This document shows, one piece after another, positions 58,705-64,000 of a DNA stretch of 64,000 nucleotides. Numbering within the stretch: the first letter of the stretch is position 1; every line of letters begins with the position of its first letter. The notes below the pieces were generated by a model. It was given only the letters and a program-made list of their open reading frames with translations, searched no databases and was not told the origin of the DNA. Both the position numbers and the translations under genes were made by a program. The stretch spans positions 64,001-128,000 of IMG/VR virus record IMGVR_UViG_2974656882_000001. One strand, 5' to 3'. The DNA is from a virus (lineage: Duplodnaviria > Heunggongvirae > Uroviricota > Caudoviricetes > Straboviridae).

Positions 58705-60521
58705 TATGCAATCCTCATCCAACGATATACTGTGATATATGGATCTAATGTTTCAATAGGTTTAGGCGGCGCATGTGAAATATTTGTCGTTGCTTTCTCT
58801 TGACGATACTTATGATATGCAGGACCACTATCGTCTGGATCAAATTGACAACCACCGATTACAACAGAACCATCATTATCCGCAACTAATACTTCTTTAT
58901 CTGTAGCGGTTGCAGGAAGGTTATCATTGTCAATTGACACGGTTCTCGAACCACCGGTACCACCAGCAGTGTGCGTAGGCTGCCCGTTGATGTCCAAGTC
59001 ATTATTATTTAATCCAAATTGGGTATCTTGAATATCATCATTCCAACCGACTAAAACTTTAGCCATACCCCAGAGCTTCCAAACACCAAAGCCCATGTAA
59101 GTAACAGGATTTGCTTTGTTTATTGCATTTTCATAAATGGTGCCAATTGGATACAATAAATCAAACATATCACCAGGGACTTGGATACGAACTGATTTGG
59201 GAGCTTCTGGTTCAACATTTGGGAGAACAGGATTTGAGTAGTCTGTAACTCGAACTGCATTAGTAATATCATACTCACCGCCACGAGCTATATACATATC
59301 ATCTGTAATAACAGTGATATCGTCAATTTCCATTGTTGTGCCAATATTATTATTGTACCATTTTATTGTGAGAATGTCGCCATGCTCAAATTTTCTTCCA
59401 AATTCAATACTTGTGATTGCGCCGTTGTCATTAACACTAATTGTATAATCTTTATGAGATTGAGTCCAATTACCACCCATAAGTTGGCAATCTGTTAAAT
59501 TATTGGCATCTGCGCCTTCACAATACATCATTGGAAGACCTGCACGCCCGGCCATATTTAAAATAACACCATTCAAATAAACTTCAAGTGTTTCAGTATT
59601 GATAAGACCGCTATTACTATTAAAGACATAGCCCATTTGCTCTACTGTAATAGATGTCAAAGAACTTAAATCTGTTACCAGTCTAGCACCAGGAGCAGTT
59701 TCTTCATTTGTTAATTTACTATCAAGTAAAGATAAATCTAAACGATTATATGTTGATCTAAATTGCGCAATACCATCAAGGTAGGTAACAACCATGAGTG
59801 AATCGCCTTTGGCTGCAGGTACTCTAAGTCTAATGCTTCTTGCGTCTAAAGGAACAAGTTGCCCTGCAGCTGCACCTGGTGACCCATAATCGGAATCTGC
59901 GCTAAAGTCATCACCGTAATACAATAGGTTACCTCGAAGATAAACATGAGTATTGACTAAATTATAATCACTGTTGCCAAAGATATTAATAAAGTCTGTT
60001 TGTCCTTCAGTACATAAAAATTCCTTTTTCATCACAGTGGCGATGTCGCCATTTGAAATTTTATTAAGGAGTTTATTAGGAAGGTATTCCCAGCGGTTTG
60101 GACGACAATACACAAGTTCAAGGTCAGTTAAATTTGTAGTGAATACTCTTGCACCACCACCTTTAAGTGTGTCGCCACTAGCAGGCTCAATTGTAACAGA
60201 GTTTGCTTGCCATGTCGAAAATGTATCTCGAATTCGAATTACTTTGTTGTAGTCCGCAGGTGTACCTTTAGGCAATTTTATAACAGCACGAGATGTACCA
60301 GTATCAACTGCGTAAGATTTTCCGAACACTGCATTTAACGTGTTATTTGGTAATTTATGAGCTTCGATAGTCTGCCAAGCTCCAGCAGGGTGAAGATTTT
60401 TACCATCGCCTAATTGATCGTAGGTTTCAGTAAAGTTATTATTAATCTTTATTCCACCTTCTCTCAAATAGTCTCCAGTGCCATCATCAACCATTTGTCC
60501 GATATTTACTAATTCTTTCAT
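58704..60521 (-). CDS. 10: Baseplate wedge gp10
   Basis: VDDGTGDYLREGGIKIN; ITVYRWMRIA. Confidence 0.95.
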   Translation of the reverse strand: MKELVNIGQMVDDGTGDYLREGGIKINNNFTETYDQLGDGKNLHPAGAWQTIEAHKLPNNTLNAVFGKSYAVDTGTSRAVIKLPKGTPADYNKVIRIRDTFSTWQANSVTIEPASGDTLKGGGARVFTTNLTDLELVYCRPNRWEYLPNKLLNKISNGDIATVMKKEFLCTEGQTDFINIFGNSDYNLVNTHVYLRGNLLYYGDDFSADSDYGSPGAAAGQLVPLDARSIRLRVPAAKGDSLMVVTYLDGIAQFRSTYNRLDLSLLDSKLTNEETAPGARLVTDLSSLTSITVEQMGYVFNSNSGLINTETLEVYLNGVILNMAGRAGLPMMYCEGADANNLTDCQLMGGNWTQSHKDYTISVNDNGAITSIEFGRKFEHGDILTIKWYNNNIGTTMEIDDITVITDDMYIARGGEYDITNAVRVTDYSNPVLPNVEPEAPKSVRIQVPGDMFDLLYPIGTIYENAINKANPVTYMGFGVWKLWGMAKVLVGWNDDIQDTQFGLNNNDLDINGQPTHTAGGTGGSRTVSIDNDNLPATATDKEVLVADNDGSVVIGGCQFDPDDSGPAYHKYRQEKATTNISHAPPKPIETLDPYITVYRWMRIA

Positions 60522-61387
60522 TATGCTGACCCGAGTCTTTGCGTCGCTATGCTCTTGATTGCAATACGCATGTTATTCACTTTAGTAGTTACTGTACAAT
60601 TAAGTATGCCAGTAGATGATATATCGTATTTAATATCTACAATTTCATCTTCTTCAGACTTATTGCCTATTCTAATAACACCAAATTCAGTATGATGTAC
60701 ATTTCTAAGATATCTGTCAATAAGTAAATTAACTTCGGATTGTCTAGAAATTTCACCATTAGAAGTCTGAGCAGTAATTAACAACTTCAATGAGTTATAT
60801 TCACTAAAGTGTGCAATAGGGATGACAGTAGGTGCGGTAGTTGTCACAGCTTTAGTTATTTGGATAGGAGTTTCAAATGACCCGAACATAGATCGAATAG
60901 AATAATTCCAAATTGGCACGTTGTTGGAAAAGCCAATGCACCAGCAATCGACCATGCAATAAGGCTGAGTGATCTTAAGACTGCCTTGGACTCCTACAAA
61001 CGAGCCATCGATGACTTGAATATCAATAGGTTGCGTAACTGAGCAACTTCCATTGGAATTAATGAATTTTACACATTCGCCTATTTTTCCTTTAGGCAAA
61101 ATAGGGTTAGCTCCACCGGTAGGATTTGTATCAATATCCCACATTGAACCTAGAGTTAGTGCTGTACGTAAGTCTAGCCCCGATACCTTTTGATAATACC
61201 CAGTCGCATGAATCGTCTGGTTGCCTACTTGTGTACCAGCATTAAACATTCGCTGATCGCCAAACTGGTTGTAAATTGCAGTAAAGTTACTATTGATCTT
61301 TTCTCCACCGTCAAAAAGAATATCTCCAGTAGATGCATTACCAATTTCGCCAACATCAATTTCCATTTTAGGTTGTTGTATGAACAT
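60521..61387 (-). CDS. 9: Baseplate tail fibre socket gp9
   Basis: 288 aa; DVGEIGNASTGDILFDGGEKIN. Confidence 0.95.
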   Translation of the reverse strand: MFIQQPKMEIDVGEIGNASTGDILFDGGEKINSNFTAIYNQFGDQRMFNAGTQVGNQTIHATGYYQKVSGLDLRTALTLGSMWDIDTNPTGGANPILPKGKIGECVKFINSNGSCSVTQPIDIQVIDGSFVGVQGSLKITQPYCMVDCWCIGFSNNVPIWNYSIRSMFGSFETPIQITKAVTTTAPTVIPIAHFSEYNSLKLLITAQTSNGEISRQSEVNLLIDRYLRNVHHTEFGVIRIGNKSEEDEIVDIKYDISSTGILNCTVTTKVNNMRIAIKSIATQRLGSA

Positions 61388-61446
61388 ACGTAATCCTCTT
61401 ATAATTTTAATATTTATACAACTTTGGGACCGTTCGGTCCCAAATG

Positions 61447-62451
61447 TTAAAATTCAAAAAATATGCTGACTTCTTCCGTCTGGTCGAGTGCTCGAATAAT
61501 AGGTTGTCGATTCTCGATATAGACCATTTCACCTGAATGTCTAAACAGCCCAGTTTTGCCATAATAGTTTTTTGTTGCCTTTTTATTAGGCTCAGTAGGG
61601 TCAGTTTTTGCTTCAATTGGATTCATGATCATAGAAATCTGCCTAAATCCTTTATTTCCTAAGATAGATGCCTCTGGGAAATATACTGAATCAAGATACG
61701 CCTTAAATCTCATAATAACTGCTTTGATTCTGAACAATAGCCCATAATCATCTTGTTGCCAAGTCAAATTATTTTGATAGCCCCAGCGTTTTGGATCAGC
61801 TGCGATTTCGTCTGGCCATGGAACTACAATATACTCGTTTGTACATCTATTAATTGAAACATCAGGCGGAATCTCATATAGGTATTCCCATAAGTATCCA
61901 TCACCGGTATCAACCAAACCTTCAGTATCACCTCGTCCTGTAGGCGGAAAGAAGCTTTCTACGCCAGAAGTCCATTTGCCGCCAAGTTTTAGACATTCAT
62001 CCTTGTTAGTAATAGAGCTTATAGAACATGTCCCATCATCAGGAACATCGACCACTTTATATACCATCCAGCCTTCAGCAGATGGAGCTCTGTTATTAGG
62101 CATAGTGTTTGTTACAACAATATCGCCAATATGAAATGTTAGAGGATTAGGATAACGTATATCACCCCAATCTTTACGTGGCACGACTGCATCTAGATAA
62201 GATTGCTGTACTTTTACTGCACCTAAAATATTTGTCCATACATCAGTAACGCCGGCAGGACTATCGACCGGATAAGGCGGAGCAAATCCAGGCTCATTTT
62301 CTGAAGGAGACCAGGGCGTATCACGCCCAAAGGTCAAATAAATCGTATTGTCATTTGCGGAATCGCCAATAGATTTATAAAAATTTAACATTTTTTCCGT
62401 ACGAAATTTTGATGTTATTATCGCACGGTAAACCATAGAACTATCATTCAT
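61447..62451 (-). CDS. 8: Baseplate wedge gp8
   Basis: 334 aa; MNDSSMVYRAIITSKFRTEKM. Confidence 0.96.
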   Translation of the reverse strand: MNDSSMVYRAIITSKFRTEKMLNFYKSIGDSANDNTIYLTFGRDTPWSPSENEPGFAPPYPVDSPAGVTDVWTNILGAVKVQQSYLDAVVPRKDWGDIRYPNPLTFHIGDIVVTNTMPNNRAPSAEGWMVYKVVDVPDDGTCSISSITNKDECLKLGGKWTSGVESFFPPTGRGDTEGLVDTGDGYLWEYLYEIPPDVSINRCTNEYIVVPWPDEIAADPKRWGYQNNLTWQQDDYGLLFRIKAVIMRFKAYLDSVYFPEASILGNKGFRQISMIMNPIEAKTDPTEPNKKATKNYYGKTGLFRHSGEMVYIENRQPIIRALDQTEEVSIFFEF

Positions 62452-64000
62452 TTACTTGCACCTGTGTAGGGAATTCTGGGTCACGTGGATTGCCTATATT
62501 GTCTTTAAGGCGTTCATCTACTAGATTTCTAAACCTAGAAAATGTAACAGCAGATTGATCGAATAATGGGCTCATAGGGCGTCTCAATTGCATAGCATTA
62601 AATCCATAGAACTTTCCAGGATTTTTTGCAAGATAGTCTGCTTGTTGTTGTGCAGTCAGCACATACTCCTGGCCTTTATTCGGGTGATCGAGATAAATTG
62701 GTTCACCAGTAACTGGGTCTCTGTCAATTTTGCCGGTAGGACCAAGTTTTGCAACTCTGTCAGGCCACATTGTCGGAATACCAGAATCCCATCTATATAC
62801 TTTTAATTTATTTATCACAGTTTCAGTATGCTTCATACTAAGTCCTGAATTGATAAACATTGTAATCAGTGTAATACCGATAAAGCCAAAACCTACTGGA
62901 TGTACAAATCGTAGAACGTCATCACGGTAACGAGATGATGGCAAAGCAGATTTGATTTTCATGACATAATATGCTCTTCCTCTATTGATATATTCAATAG
63001 TGTTAGATGTCATATCCTTGCCACGAACGCCTTGAACAATCATACCTTTAAAATTAGTTCGTTCAGATAAAATTTCCTGCCCAGCGATAAATCGCCCTAA
63101 TAAGTTATGAATTGTTAATTTCCATTGCAATTTACCTTTAGCGTAGTGACGCTCAATATATGTAACATTGGAACGCCCGGTAGCGGTGTAAACAGTACGC
63201 CCGGCTAAATCCTCGCTAATGTTGTCTGACTCAACAATGATGTCATATTCAAGACCATTAAGTGACTCGATGTCGACTTCAACGTCTTCATTATACAAAA
63301 CTTTAAACAGAAATTTATATGATGCTTCGATGCCTTTAGTAGAATAAAAGTCATTTTTACGAGTTTCAAATAAACGAGCTACCATATCACGTTTATCTCT
63401 ATTCAGATAAATGTTTCGCTTATAGATCTCCGACCACATATACTCCCAAGAATGTTTCTCTTTAGGATACTTATCTCGGATGAGATTAACTAAGTTGTTA
63501 TACGGCGTTCCGTATCCATCTGAAATGTATTGAATGTAGTACTCACAGAATTTTTCAAAGTTTGAATCTTGCATTAAGTAACTATCTGGAATCATTCGAG
63601 TCAAAAATGGTCTTAAATCAGGGTTATTGTAACCACCTTCATCATCAGGAGTCCATGGATCTTCACGTGTCTGATTCTGCATGTATGCTTTAAGAAATAC
63701 GTTAGTAGGTTTCCAAACTATTCTGACGTTATCTTTGACGCGATAATTGAATTCAAAATAGCCTATTAATTCGCCAGATTGTTTAAAGAAAATAACACCA
63801 TTTGAATATTGTGTAAAATTTTTAAATTCAATATTAGGGAAAATGACAGTACAATCCCCTGTGTGCCATACCTCTTTCATAAATCTACTAGGCGATGTTG
63901 CCGGGAATGGATCAATAGCATACTCATGCTGAATATCTGAATACACCATTACAACTTTGTTAGAGTTATTAACCCAACATCTTGTACCAGAATTAGTACA
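62444..64000 (-). CDS. 7: Baseplate wedge gp7, 3' part; start lies beyond the window
   Basis: Frame open to 64000; PDLRPFL, KGIEASYKFLFK, VHPVGFGF, NPRDP. Confidence 0.93.
   Translation of the reverse strand, partial: CTNSGTRCWVNNSNKVVMVYSDIQHEYAIDPFPATSPSRFMKEVWHTGDCTVIFPNIEFKNFTQYSNGVIFFKQSGELIGYFEFNYRVKDNVRIVWKPTNVFLKAYMQNQTREDPWTPDDEGGYNNPDLRPFLTRMIPDSYLMQDSNFEKFCEYYIQYISDGYGTPYNNLVNLIRDKYPKEKHSWEYMWSEIYKRNIYLNRDKRDMVARLFETRKNDFYSTKGIEASYKFLFKVLYNEDVEVDIESLNGLEYDIIVESDNISEDLAGRTVYTATGRSNVTYIERHYAKGKLQWKLTIHNLLGRFIAGQEILSERTNFKGMIVQGVRGKDMTSNTIEYINRGRAYYVMKIKSALPSSRYRDDVLRFVHPVGFGFIGITLITMFINSGLSMKHTETVINKLKVYRWDSGIPTMWPDRVAKLGPTGKIDRDPVTGEPIYLDHPNKGQEYVLTAQQQADYLAKNPGKFYGFNAMQLRRPMSPLFDQSAVTFSRFRNLVDERLKDNIGNPRDPEFPTQVQVNE

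Overview
A 64-kb segment of a T4-like myovirus (Straboviridae/Tevenvirinae type, roughly 36% GC by eye); the host cannot be determined from this window. On the + strand are early/middle genes: rnh, dsbA, 33, 59, 32, frd, td, nrdA, nrdB, rnlA, alc, pseT, cd, 31.1, 31, rIII, 30.3, 30.2 and DNA ligase 30. Late genes are mostly on the - strand: partial 34, alt, baseplate hub 54/48/29/28/27/51 (26 and 25 on +), uvsW, inh and hoc (+), head 24/23/22/21/68/67/20, tail 19/18, terminase 17/16, neck 15/14/13, wac, 12, 11, 10, 9, 8 and partial 7. All three T4 promoter classes are visible (TTTACN-17-TATAAT early, MotA-box middle, TATAAATA late). There are three free-standing homing endonucleases and no introns, tRNAs or CRISPR arrays were seen. 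Main oddities: (1) a Walker-A-deleted paralog of the terminase ATPase between genes 16 and 17; (2) gp27 hub fused to a CHAP/NlpC-P60 peptidoglycan hydrolase; (3) a late-promoter-driven structured ~100-nt RNA between nrdB and rnlA; (4) an intron-free I-TevI homolog beside an intronless td; (5) two or three capsid-targeted internal-protein candidates; (6) an identical 56-bp element at both loci where T4 has replication origins; (7) fibritin ending in an SGNH-like domain instead of foldon; (8) an apparent AUU start for gene 15. Gene names come from recalled T4 protein sequences and synteny; no database search was run.
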